Assembly: GCA_017547525.1 (NCBI GenBank)
Contig: JAFYPL010000003.1
Location: 1,426 to 65,425, forward strand
DNA length: 64,000 nucleotides
Source: Oscillospiraceae bacterium
GTDB taxonomy: Bacteria > Bacillota > Clostridia > Oscillospirales > Ruminococcaceae
Reading direction: 5' to 3'
Shown: positions 39,217-48,574 of the stretch, piece by piece
How positions within the stretch are numbered: the first letter of the stretch is position 1
Layout of the letters: every line of letters starts with the position of its first letter
Position numbers and translations under genes: made by a program
Notes under the pieces: generated by a model
What the model saw: the letters and a program-made list of their open reading frames with translations, nothing else
The model's database searches: none
Told to the model about the DNA's origin: nothing

Positions 39217-39837
39217 TTACCATTTTGTTTTGGTTTCCACTACTTTGCCTGCAATATATACATCATTCAGTTCTTCACCTGTCAGCACTTTTGCTTCATA
39301 TTCAGGGTTGAACGGCTGAAGAATAATCATATTGCCTTTTTTGACAAAGCGTTTGAGAGTGCCTTCATTATCGCCATATACGATTACACCCAGGTCACCG
39401 TCGTTCAGTGTGTTCTGCTTATGTACCAGTGCCAGGTCACCATCTTTGATGCGTGGTTCCATACTGTCGCCTTTTACAATCAGGTAGAAGTATTCTTCAG
39501 GATTACGTACATTGGCGTATTCCACACCATAGTCATCATTGTAGGCCAGTGCATTATAGCCGGCTTTTACTGTACCGATAATAGGTATAGCGTAGTCACC
39601 GCTGGCTACAGCCACTGCATTTTCCACCAGTTTATCAACACCTAGCAGGAAATCAACACTCACTCTGAAAAATTCAGCTATGCGGCGCAGGGTATCACTG
39701 TCCGGAGTGCTTTTACCTGTTTCCCATTTACCTACAGCTTGTTGTGTAACCTGCAGTTCTTTTGCCAGCTGGCTCTGGCTTATCTTTTTCTCTTTACGGA
39801 GTAATTTAATCTGTTGGCTGAACAAAATTTTCACCAC
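39217..39837 (-). CDS. Self-cleaving repressor: XRE-type HTH fused to an S24 (LexA/CI-like) peptidase domain
   Basis: LRKEKKISQSQLAKELQVTQQAVGKWE is the HTH. GDSMEP carries the catalytic Ser and GTLKRF the Lys. GTG start with no Shine-Dalgarno. Confidence 0.85.
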   Translation of the reverse strand: MVKILFSQQIKLLRKEKKISQSQLAKELQVTQQAVGKWETGKSTPDSDTLRRIAEFFRVSVDFLLGVDKLVENAVAVASGDYAIPIIGTVKAGYNALAYNDDYGVEYANVRNPEEYFYLIVKGDSMEPRIKDGDLALVHKQNTLNDGDLGVIVYGDNEGTLKRFVKKGNMIILQPFNPEYEAKVLTGEELNDVYIAGKVVETKTKW

Positions 39838-39859
39838 TTTCAGTTGTAATTCTGATTAT

Positions 39860-39888
39860 ATTATACAACAGATATTACAGTTTGTAAA
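39860..39888 (-). promoter_or_regulatory. Promoter of the S24 repressor gene
   Basis: On the minus strand: TTTACA-17 nt-TATAAT, 22 nt upstream of the GTG start. Confidence 0.6.
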
Positions 39889-39931
39889 CAACTAAAGGTA
39901 GTAAAAAATATAAAAAGTTGTGAAAAATATG

Positions 39932-39989
39932 TTGACAACAACTGAAAGTTGTAGTATTATGTAGTCAAAGGATACAACCTACAGTTGTA
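39932..39989 (+). promoter_or_regulatory. Divergent promoter with two ACAAC-N5-GTTGT operators
   Basis: TTGACA-17 nt-TATTAT. ACAACTGAAAGTTGT fills the spacer (39938-39952). TACAACCTACAGTTGTA lies at 39973-39989. Confidence 0.6.
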
Positions 39990-39991
39990 AA

Positions 39992-40273
39992 ATGGTTGTG
40001 ATGGTGAATGATATGACAATACAGAACAAAATTATGATATATAATATGGCTACAGTTATTTTTGCTATCCTCACAGTTGTGAGCGTGGGCTCATTAGGCA
40101 GTCTTCCGGTTTATAATGTAGTTGTGAATGTGCTGCTGTTTGGTTTGCTTACAAAAAACTGTTATGAAAAAGAAAATCATCTGCGTAAAGTACTGAAAAT
40201 GCGCAGAATCAAAAAATCTTCCAAACCACAGCTGTCTGTATTTACACAGCAGCCTGCACGTCGTGCAGCATAG
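39992..40273 (+). CDS. Small two-TM membrane protein with a basic C-terminal tail (start codon uncertain: 39992, 40001 or 40013)
   Basis: Hydrophobic segments MATVIFAILTVVSVGSL and VVVNVLLFGLL. A strong terminator follows. Confidence 0.45.
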   Translation: MVVMVNDMTIQNKIMIYNMATVIFAILTVVSVGSLGSLPVYNVVVNVLLFGLLTKNCYEKENHLRKVLKMRRIKKSSKPQLSVFTQQPARRAA

Positions 40274-40332
40274 TGGTGTGTACTGGCTCATTAAAGGTAT
40301 TTTACCTTTATAAATATTCCTACATATTAACA

Positions 40333-40373
40333 AAACAGACAGGTTCATTTATGTAATGAACCTGTCTGTTTTT
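40333..40373 (+). terminator. Terminator
   Basis: AAACAGACAGGTTCATT-tatgt-AATGAACCTGTCTGTTTTT. Confidence 0.85.
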
Positions 40374-40410
40374 ACCCATAATACAGATAAACAAAAATAA
40401 CGGAGAAATT

Positions 40411-41544
40411 ATGGGTAAATCTCTTTGGTCAAAGAATTATATTCTGGTTGTCGTTTCAGCTACGGTATTTTACTTTATATCCTTTATGCTGAATTCTGTC
40501 AGTGCCAGACATGGTATATCAATGAACGGTAGTGGTTTAATCACAGGTGTAGTTGTAAGTGGTTTTACTATGGCTTCTTTTTTCACCAGACCCTTGTGGG
40601 GACATATATGTATAAAGAAAGGCAGAAAAAAGGTGCTAATGGCGGGGGCACTGATATGTGTACTGGCATCGCTGATGTTTATTTTTACATCTGGTATAAC
40701 TATATTTATTGTGGCCAGATGTATTTTCGGTGCAGGTTATTCTGCAGTGACCACATCCGGTGGGACAATGGTGTGTGACATAGCGGGAGAAAAATATCTG
40801 TCAAAGGCTGTTTCTTATTATGGAATCAGCAGTGTAGTCAGTCAGGCGATGGCGCCGGCGGCTGGATTGTGGCTGTACGAAAAAAGTTTTACCACACTGT
40901 CAGTTGTAATTGCAACAGGTGCAGCGTTGGTATGGGGGACGGGTTTATTTATAAAATACCATGAAGACAGATTTATAAAACCCGGGGAGAAGTTTAAGTT
41001 GTACGAAAAGCAGTCATTGCCAGCCGCATATACTATTATACCGTTTGCCATGGTTACAGCATCTGTATACGCTTTTATACCTGTTATGGCCGAAGAAAGG
41101 CAATTGTCATACGTAGGTCTGTTTTTCGCACTTTCTGCTGCAGGGCTTCTGGTGGGCAGGATATTTAATACTAAAATATGCGCAATTGCGGGTGAGAAGG
41201 AAGTTTTTTATACAGGTGCGGTATTGTTGACGGCAGGTTTGGCTATGATTGCTTTTGCATATAACTCAGTCGTTTTTCTTTTTTCTGCTGTGTGTTATGG
41301 ATGCGGTGCCGGTTTTGTTCATCCGGTGGCTAATATACGGGCGGTGAAAAATTCCCCGGACCGGCAACGCAGTATTGCTACCGGAACATTTATGATGAGT
41401 CAGGATCTGGGAATGACAGTAGGTGCAGTTTTATGGGGGATAATCAGCCGCACCGCCAGTTTTACTGTGGTATATGTGGTTGCATCAGTAATAATCTTGG
41501 TGATGATGTATGTATTTCATAAATTTTTATCACCCATATTGTAA
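40411..41544 (+). CDS. MFS transporter
   Basis: About 11-12 TM helices and an MFS loop motif (GHICIKKGRKKV). Confidence 0.85.
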   Translation: MGKSLWSKNYILVVVSATVFYFISFMLNSVSARHGISMNGSGLITGVVVSGFTMASFFTRPLWGHICIKKGRKKVLMAGALICVLASLMFIFTSGITIFIVARCIFGAGYSAVTTSGGTMVCDIAGEKYLSKAVSYYGISSVVSQAMAPAAGLWLYEKSFTTLSVVIATGAALVWGTGLFIKYHEDRFIKPGEKFKLYEKQSLPAAYTIIPFAMVTASVYAFIPVMAEERQLSYVGLFFALSAAGLLVGRIFNTKICAIAGEKEVFYTGAVLLTAGLAMIAFAYNSVVFLFSAVCYGCGAGFVHPVANIRAVKNSPDRQRSIATGTFMMSQDLGMTVGAVLWGIISRTASFTVVYVVASVIILVMMYVFHKFLSPIL

Positions 41545-41626
41545 TAAATACAGAAATCATATGGGTATATTGTCTTAAATATTACAGTTATGGTATTATA
41601 ATAAAAAACCTGGGGAGGAATTATTT

Positions 41627-42802
41627 ATGAATTTTAGAGAATTAGCAGAAAAAACTGAAGGTTATATCATCGACCGCAGAAGATATTACCACGCAAATCC
41701 TGAACTGTCACAGCAGGAAGTAAATACAACTGCACAGATTATTGCAGACCTGAAAGAAATGGGTCTGGAACCAAAAACTTTTGAAAGTGTAGATGCTTAC
41801 GGCTGTATGGCTGATATTGTGGGCGCAATGCCAGGCAAAACAGTAGCATTGCGTGCAGACATAGACGCACTGCCAGTTTGTGAAGAAACAGGTCTGCCAT
41901 TTGCTTCTATAAATGGTTGCATGCATGCCTGTGGACATGACTGCCATATTTCCATGCTGCTGGGTGCAGCAAAAATGCTTTCAGAAAACAAAGATAAACT
42001 GAAAGGTACAGTTCGTCTGATTTTCCAGCCAGCCGAAGAAACAGGCTATGGCGCACCAGCACTTATCAGAGCAGGTGTTCTTGATGGTGTGGATGCTATT
42101 TATGGTGCACATATCTGGAACGTACTGGAAGCACCTTATGTTAATATTGAAGCAGGCAACAGAATGGCATCTACAGCAGAATTCTATGTAGAAGTTGAAG
42201 GCCTGTCTACACATGGTTCATCACCAGAAGCTGGCATTGACGCAATTGCTGCTATGAGTGCTATTATTATGAATCTGCAGACTTTTGTTTCAAGAAACAA
42301 CAGCCCTCTCAACCCACTGGTTGTATCAGTAGGTAAAGTGGAAGCAGGTACACGCTGGAACACTATTCCAGGTAAAGCAAAATTCGAAGGTACAGTAAGA
42401 ACTTTTGATAAGAATATGCTGGAAGAAGCACCTAAAGTTATGTCCAGAATTATCGAAAATACAGCAGCTGCATATGGCGCAACAGCAAAAATTACAAAAT
42501 TCCGCTGGCTGGTTATTCCTGTTATCAACGATAACGAAAACCTTGTAAGAATTGGCCAGAATGCTGTTAAGAAACTGTATGGCGAAGAAGGCCTTGCTCC
42601 AATGATGACACAGATGGGCGGCGAAGACTTCTCATTCTATATGGAAAAAGTACCTGGCGTATTTGGCTTTATTGGCAGTCATAATCCAGAAACAGGTAAA
42701 ATCTATTCTAACCACCACGAAAAATATGACGTTGATGAAGACGTACTTAAACGTGGTGCAGCAGTATATGCACAGTTTGCATATGATTTCCTTGCAGAAT
42801 AA
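41627..42802 (+). CDS. M20D-family amidohydrolase (N-acyl-amino-acid amidohydrolase / hippuricase-like)
   Basis: HANPELSQQE, LRADIDALP, HACGHD and FQPAEE motifs. Confidence 0.9.
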   Translation: MNFRELAEKTEGYIIDRRRYYHANPELSQQEVNTTAQIIADLKEMGLEPKTFESVDAYGCMADIVGAMPGKTVALRADIDALPVCEETGLPFASINGCMHACGHDCHISMLLGAAKMLSENKDKLKGTVRLIFQPAEETGYGAPALIRAGVLDGVDAIYGAHIWNVLEAPYVNIEAGNRMASTAEFYVEVEGLSTHGSSPEAGIDAIAAMSAIIMNLQTFVSRNNSPLNPLVVSVGKVEAGTRWNTIPGKAKFEGTVRTFDKNMLEEAPKVMSRIIENTAAAYGATAKITKFRWLVIPVINDNENLVRIGQNAVKKLYGEEGLAPMMTQMGGEDFSFYMEKVPGVFGFIGSHNPETGKIYSNHHEKYDVDEDVLKRGAAVYAQFAYDFLAE

Positions 42803-42816
42803 TTAATACAACAAAT

Positions 42817-42852
42817 AAAAAAGAGCGTTGGTTTATCCAACGCTCTTTTTTT
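42817..42852. terminator. Bidirectional terminator
   Basis: AAAAAAGAGCGTTGG-tttat-CCAACGCTCTTTTTTT. Confidence 0.85.
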
Positions 42853-42883
42853 AGGAGATCATACAATGATTGTATGCAGTTTG

Positions 42884-45520
42884 TTATTTAGTCTGTTTAT
42901 CCTGCTGGATTTTAGCCTGTGCAGCAGCCAGTCTTGCGATTGGCACACGGTAAGGTGAGCAGGAAACGTAGTTCAGACCAGCGGACTGGAAGAACTGGAT
43001 GGAAACAGGGTCACCACCATGTTCGCCACATACGCCCATTTTGATGTCAGGTCTTGTGTCTTTTGCCCAGCCAGTAGCCATTTTGATCAGTTTGCCTACA
43101 CCTGTCTGGTCAAGTTTTGTTGTAGGGTCGTATTCAAAAATTCTGTTTTTGAAGTAGTCATCCAGAATCTGTGAAGCGTCATCACGGGAAAGACCGTATG
43201 TAGTCTGTGTCAGGTCGTTTGTACCAAAGCTAAAGAATTCAGCGTATTTGGAGATTTCGTCTGTCAGCAGAGCTGCACGAGGGATTTCGATCATTGCGCC
43301 TACTTTGTATTTCAGATCCATTTCCTGTTCCGCAAATACTTTTGCAGCTTCATCGTCAACGATACCTTTTACAAAGTTAAGTTCTGCAGCGTCACATACC
43401 AGTGGAATCATAATTTCTGGTTCTACATGGATGCCTTCTCTTGCTACGTTGATAGCAGCCTGCATAACAGCTCTTGTCTGCATTCTTGCAATTTCTGGGT
43501 AAGAGATAGCCAGACGGCAACCACGGTGACCCAGCATAGGGTTAGTTTCCTGCAGACGTCTTACAGCTACTTTCAGGTCTGTAAAGGACATACCCATTTC
43601 GTAAGCTGTTACGGATGTTTCGTCATCGCCGTGTGGCAGGAATTCGTGAAGAGGTGGGTCCAGGAAACGGATTGTAACAGGCAGACCTGCCATTTCTCTG
43701 TACATGCCTTCAAAGTCTCTCTGCTGCATTGGCAGGATTTTGTCCAGCGCAGCTACACGTTCCTGTGTGGATTTTGCCAGAATCATCTGACGCATAGCCA
43801 GAATTCTGTCTTTTTCAAAGAACATATGTTCTGTACGGCACAGACCGATACCTTCAGCACCGAACAGTCTTGCCTGACGTGCATCTTTAGGGTTATCAGC
43901 ATTTGTTCTTACTTTCAGTGAACGTACTTCATCTGCCCATTTCATAAATGTAGCGAAGTCACCGGACAGTGTAGCGTCAACTGTAGGAATCATTTCTACG
44001 TAAACGTAACCTGTAGCACCGTCGATGGAGATGAAATCACCTTCGTTTACACGGATATCACCGAAGTATGCCACTTTATTGTCATGGTCTACTCTCAGAG
44101 TATGACAACCGGATACACAGCAACGACCCATACCACGTGCTACAACAGCTGCGTGGCTTGTCATACCGCCGCGTGCAGTAAGTACACCTTTTGCAGCAGC
44201 CATACCTTCGATATCTTCCGGGCTTGTTTCAGTACGTACCAGAATAACTGGTTCGTTACGTTTGCCAGCAGCTTCTTTTGCATCTTCAGCGTTGAAGTAT
44301 ACACGGCCGCATGCAGCACCTGGAGAAGCAGGCAGACCTTTTGCGATTTCTTTTGCGTTTTTCAGTGCAGTAGGTTCAAACTGTGGGTGCAGCAGGCTAT
44401 CCAACTGGTTTGGTTCTACTTTCATCAGCGCTTCTTCAATTGTGCACAGTTCCTGTTTAACCATATCTACAGCAATTTTGATAGCAGCCTGTGCTGTACG
44501 TTTACCATTTCTTGTCTGCAGCATATACAGTTTGCCTTTTTCGATAGTGAATTCAAGGTCTTGCATATCCTGGTTATGTTTTTCCAGAGTTTCTGCGATT
44601 TTCAGAATCTGTTCGTATGCCTGTGGCATTACCTGTGCCAGCTGGTCGATTGTCTGTGGTGTTCTGATACCAGCAACAACGTCTTCGCCCTGTGCGTTCA
44701 TCAGGAATTCGCCATAAAGTTTGTTTTCACCTGTGGATGGGTTACGTGTAAATGCAACACCAGTACCACAGTCATCACCCATGTTACCGAATACCATGGA
44801 CTGTACTGTTACAGCAGTACCCCAGGAGGAAGGGATGTCGTTCATGCGTCTGTAGTAGATAGCACGTGGGTTGTTCCATGATGAGAATACAGCTTTTACC
44901 GCTGCCAGCAGCTGTGAGCGGCTGTCTGCAGGGAATTCAGTACCTGTTTCACGCACATAGATTGCTTTAAAGTCAACTACTGCTTTCTGCAGGTCTTCTA
45001 CGCTGAGCTGGTGGTCAAACTGAATGCCTCTTGCTTCTTTGATAGCTTCAAGAGCATGGTCAAAGTAATCTTTTGGAATACCCATTACTACGTCAGAGAA
45101 CATCTGAATGAAACGACGGTAAGCATCAAATGCGAATCTTGGGTTATTTGTAAGTGCTGCAAGACCTTCAACAACTTCATCATTGAGGCCCAGGTTGAGA
45201 ACAGTGTCCATCATACCAGGCATAGATGCTCTGGCACCACTTCTTACAGAACAAAGAAGAGGGTTTGCAGGATCACCGAATTTTTTACCTGTAATGTTTT
45301 CCAGTTTTTCCAGATATTCAAAAATCTGTTCCTGGATTTCCCGTGAGATTGTTTCTCCGGACTGATAGTAGTTTGTACATGCTTCTGTAGAAATAGTAAA
45401 GCCCTGTGGAACAGGCATGCCCAGGCTGGTCATTTCTGCCAGGTTTGCGCCTTTACCGCCAAGCAGTTCGCGCATGGTGCCGTTGCCTTCACTGAAAAGA
45501 TAAACGTATTTGTGTGTCAT
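42884..45520 (-). CDS. ppdK: Pyruvate, phosphate dikinase
   Basis: 878 aa with GGKGANLAEM, GGMTSHAAVVARG (phospho-His) and a CGEHGGDP C-terminal domain. Confidence 0.97.
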   Translation of the reverse strand: MTHKYVYLFSEGNGTMRELLGGKGANLAEMTSLGMPVPQGFTISTEACTNYYQSGETISREIQEQIFEYLEKLENITGKKFGDPANPLLCSVRSGARASMPGMMDTVLNLGLNDEVVEGLAALTNNPRFAFDAYRRFIQMFSDVVMGIPKDYFDHALEAIKEARGIQFDHQLSVEDLQKAVVDFKAIYVRETGTEFPADSRSQLLAAVKAVFSSWNNPRAIYYRRMNDIPSSWGTAVTVQSMVFGNMGDDCGTGVAFTRNPSTGENKLYGEFLMNAQGEDVVAGIRTPQTIDQLAQVMPQAYEQILKIAETLEKHNQDMQDLEFTIEKGKLYMLQTRNGKRTAQAAIKIAVDMVKQELCTIEEALMKVEPNQLDSLLHPQFEPTALKNAKEIAKGLPASPGAACGRVYFNAEDAKEAAGKRNEPVILVRTETSPEDIEGMAAAKGVLTARGGMTSHAAVVARGMGRCCVSGCHTLRVDHDNKVAYFGDIRVNEGDFISIDGATGYVYVEMIPTVDATLSGDFATFMKWADEVRSLKVRTNADNPKDARQARLFGAEGIGLCRTEHMFFEKDRILAMRQMILAKSTQERVAALDKILPMQQRDFEGMYREMAGLPVTIRFLDPPLHEFLPHGDDETSVTAYEMGMSFTDLKVAVRRLQETNPMLGHRGCRLAISYPEIARMQTRAVMQAAINVAREGIHVEPEIMIPLVCDAAELNFVKGIVDDEAAKVFAEQEMDLKYKVGAMIEIPRAALLTDEISKYAEFFSFGTNDLTQTTYGLSRDDASQILDDYFKNRIFEYDPTTKLDQTGVGKLIKMATGWAKDTRPDIKMGVCGEHGGDPVSIQFFQSAGLNYVSCSPYRVPIARLAAAQAKIQQDKQTK

Positions 45521-46041
45521 AAATTCCTCCTGAAAATTTAAAAGAGTCGATGTGTCTTGCTAATTTGATTATATCAAACGAAAAAAACGAAAACAATGCA
45601 ACAAATATACAAAAACGTGAAAATAACGTCCATAAAGTGAAAATACAGCATTGTGACGGAATAACTAAAAAAATACGGTTGAAAACGTACAGATTGCACA
45701 ATGATTATACGCTAAAATATACTGTTGTTGTATTACTATGGATTATAAGTACTTTAAATTGATGTCTGTTGATGTGTTTAGTTTGAAAATGTTGAAAACT
45801 TCCGTTAAAATGACGAAAAAATGGTCAAAATGCCTTAAAAATGTACAACGGATACGGTACAACTGTAGTTATACAGTGGAATTTGGAAGATTTATTTGTA
45901 CAAAATGATGAATAAAAAATTAACAGCTTATTTTAGATGGTTTTTACAGTTTATAAAGTTGCATTTTTTTGTGTAAATTATCTAATAAGCATACAAATTT
46001 ACGATGTTTTTATGTATATTTACAAAAATGTATCAAACATA

Positions 46042-46069
46042 TTGACAATTTTTTAGCAAGGGCTATAAT
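46042..46069 (+). promoter_or_regulatory. Promoter of T-box leader 1
   Basis: TTGACA-16 nt-TATAAT. Confidence 0.65.
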
Positions 46070-46084
46070 AGGTTACAACAGCGG

Positions 46085-46375
46085 TGATGATAAATTAGTA
46101 ACAAACAATGCTGGCATTCAGAGAGCTCCCGGGCGGTGAAATGGGAGTATGTACGGTGGTTTGTGAATTCCTTATCTAGCTGACCGGTGAATTCTTTATG
46201 ATGTGTAGCCGGCTCCGGGAACGCCCGTTATAGCGTAGGGTATTAACTTATGCACCAATAGGCGATACCCGCTAAGGTCTATATTGTGAAATATAGATAA
46301 ATAGAGGTGGTAACACGGGATATATTTCATCTCGTCCTCTGATTATCAATCAGGGGACGGGATTTTTGTTTTTAT
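46085..46375 (+). promoter_or_regulatory. T-box riboswitch leader, specifier UUC (Phe), with an intrinsic terminator
   Basis: The following elements are all present.
- Stem I base GATAA/TTATC and an AGTA S-turn.
- AGAGAG bulge and a GGTGAAA distal loop.
- Specifier loop GAA-TTC-C (46065-46071).
- T-box AATAGAGGTGGTAACACGGGA (46299-46320).
- Terminator 46331-46375. Confidence 0.85.
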
Positions 46376-46421
46376 CCGTTCTCTGAAATCAAAAAATACC
46401 AAAAGAGAGAGGTAAAAACAA

Positions 46422-47396
46422 ATGAAAAAACTTATCGCATTAGTATTGGCAATGGTAATGTCACTTTCGCTGGTTGCATGTGGCGGCGGTGAAGCTACAA
46501 ACGAAGATGGTACTGAAAAAGTTAAAATCGGTATTCTGCAGCAGCTGGAACATCCATCACTGGACGAAGCACGCGAAGGTTTTGTACAGGCACTGAAAGA
46601 CAATGGTTATGTAGACGGCGAAAACATGGTTCTTGATTATCAGAACGCACAGAGTGACCAGTCCAACCTGACATCTATGGGCGACAGACTTGTTAATAAC
46701 GAAAATGACTTGATTCTTGCTATTGCAACAGGTGCCGCACAGACACTGGCAGCTAAAACACAGACTATTCCGGTTATGATTACAGCAGTTACAGACCCGG
46801 TTGATGCAGGCGTTGTAGACAGCATGGAAAAACCAGGCACAAACGTTTCCGGTACATCTGACGCTTCCCCAATGGAAGACCAGGTAGACCTGTTGATGGA
46901 AATCTGCCCAGAAACAAAGGTTATCGGCCTTATGTACACATCAAGCGAAGATAACTCTGTACTGCAGATTAGTCAGGTTAAAGAAATTCTGGATGCAAGA
47001 AACATTGCATACGTTGAACAGACAGTTACAAATTCCAACGATGTACAGCAGGCTGTTCGGTCTATCGTTACAAAATGTGATGCTATCTACATTCCTACAG
47101 ACAACGTTCTGGCATCTTCCATGGCACTGGTTGCAGATGTTACAAGAGAAGCTAAAGTTCCTGTAATCACAGGCTTTACAAGCGGTGTTACAGACGGCGG
47201 CCTTGCAACACTGGGTATTTCTTACTACAACCTTGGCTACCAGACAGGCGAAATGGCAGTTAAAGTACTGGAAGGTGCAGATGTTTCCACAATGCCTGTT
47301 GAAACACAGAAAGAATATGACTACGTTGTAAACGATGAAACAGTAGAAGCTCTTGGTATTGAAATTCCAGAAAAATACCAGGCATACATCAAATAA
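46422..47396 (+). CDS. ABC transporter substrate-binding lipoprotein, COG2984/PF04392 type (paralog 1)
   Basis: Lipobox LVAC-G. KIGILQQLEHPSLDEAREGF, ITAVTDPVDAG and IYIPTDN motifs. Confidence 0.9.
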   Translation: MKKLIALVLAMVMSLSLVACGGGEATNEDGTEKVKIGILQQLEHPSLDEAREGFVQALKDNGYVDGENMVLDYQNAQSDQSNLTSMGDRLVNNENDLILAIATGAAQTLAAKTQTIPVMITAVTDPVDAGVVDSMEKPGTNVSGTSDASPMEDQVDLLMEICPETKVIGLMYTSSEDNSVLQISQVKEILDARNIAYVEQTVTNSNDVQQAVRSIVTKCDAIYIPTDNVLASSMALVADVTREAKVPVITGFTSGVTDGGLATLGISYYNLGYQTGEMAVKVLEGADVSTMPVETQKEYDYVVNDETVEALGIEIPEKYQAYIK

Positions 47397-47537
47397 TGAC
47401 AATATGATAATTGAATAAGATAATGCCTGCGCATTGAAGGCAATATCTTGTTTATATGGTATATACATACCAGCGATAAAATAGTAAATATTGGTGTTTA
47501 TCCGCTAAAAAAAATAAAAAAAGACAGGTATAAACAG

Positions 47538-48515
47538 ATGAAAAAAGTATTGGCTTTACTATTGGCAATTATTATGGCAGTTTCATTTACTGCATGTGGC
47601 AACAGTTCCGCAGACGAAGAGGGAAAAGTAAAAATTGGTGTTCTGCAGCGGTTGGAACACACTTCACTTGATCAGGCGCGTGAAGGTTTCGTTCAGGCAC
47701 TGGCCGATAACGGATATGTTGACGGTGTGAATATGATTCTGGATTATCAGAATGCACAGAATGATCAGTCAAATCTTCAGGTAATGGCAGACAGACTGAT
47801 TAATGATGAAAACGATCTGATTCTTGCCATAGCAACAGGCGCAGCACAAACATTAGCTGCACGCCCACATGAAATACCAGTACTGATTACAGCAGTTACA
47901 GACCCTGTCGATGCAGGTGTATTGGAAAGCATGGAAAATCCGGGAACGATTATTTCAGGAACATCCGATGTTTCACCGATGAAAGCACAGCTGGAACTTA
48001 TGTTAAAACTTAAGCCAGACGTTGAAACAGTTGGGCTTTTGTACACATCAGGCGAAGACAATTCTGTAATACAGATTGCACAGGTAAAAGAAATACTTGA
48101 TGAAATGGGTGTAGCCTATGTTGCACAGACTGTTACCAACACAAACGACGTACAGCAGGCAGTACAGTCACTGGTTACAAAATGCGATGCTATCTATATA
48201 CCTACAGATAATGTACTGGCAGCTTCCATGGCATTGGTTGCTGACATCACATGGCCGGCAAATATTCCGGTAATAGCAGGTGCAGAAAGCATGGTAATGG
48301 ATGGTGGTCTTGCAACAATAGGTCTTTCCTATTATGCACTGGGCTATCAGACAGGCGAAATGGCGGTCAAAGTGCTGGAAGGTGCAGACATTTCCACTAT
48401 GCCAGTTGAGACACAGAATGAATACCGTTACATAATTAATGGTGACGCAGTTGATGCCATGACAGGTATTACAATACCACAGGACCTGCAACAGTACATT
48501 CAGTACGGCGAATAA
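47538..48515 (+). CDS. ABC transporter substrate-binding lipoprotein, COG2984/PF04392 type (paralog 2)
   Basis: Lipobox FTAC-G and roughly 70% identity to its neighbours by eye. ATG 47538 is chosen over the track start 47448. Confidence 0.85.
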   Translation: MKKVLALLLAIIMAVSFTACGNSSADEEGKVKIGVLQRLEHTSLDQAREGFVQALADNGYVDGVNMILDYQNAQNDQSNLQVMADRLINDENDLILAIATGAAQTLAARPHEIPVLITAVTDPVDAGVLESMENPGTIISGTSDVSPMKAQLELMLKLKPDVETVGLLYTSGEDNSVIQIAQVKEILDEMGVAYVAQTVTNTNDVQQAVQSLVTKCDAIYIPTDNVLAASMALVADITWPANIPVIAGAESMVMDGGLATIGLSYYALGYQTGEMAVKVLEGADISTMPVETQNEYRYIINGDAVDAMTGITIPQDLQQYIQYGE

Positions 48516-48574
48516 ACAACAAATTTAATACGGACTTTTTTAAACATATTGTTATAGAAAAGTTGAAAAGCTAT

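Noticed and set aside
47448-47537. An N-terminal extension of the second binding protein, from the track start at 47448.
   Set aside because: The signal peptide and lipobox begin at ATG 47538. The upstream part is AT-rich intergenic sequence that includes a K-rich read-through.
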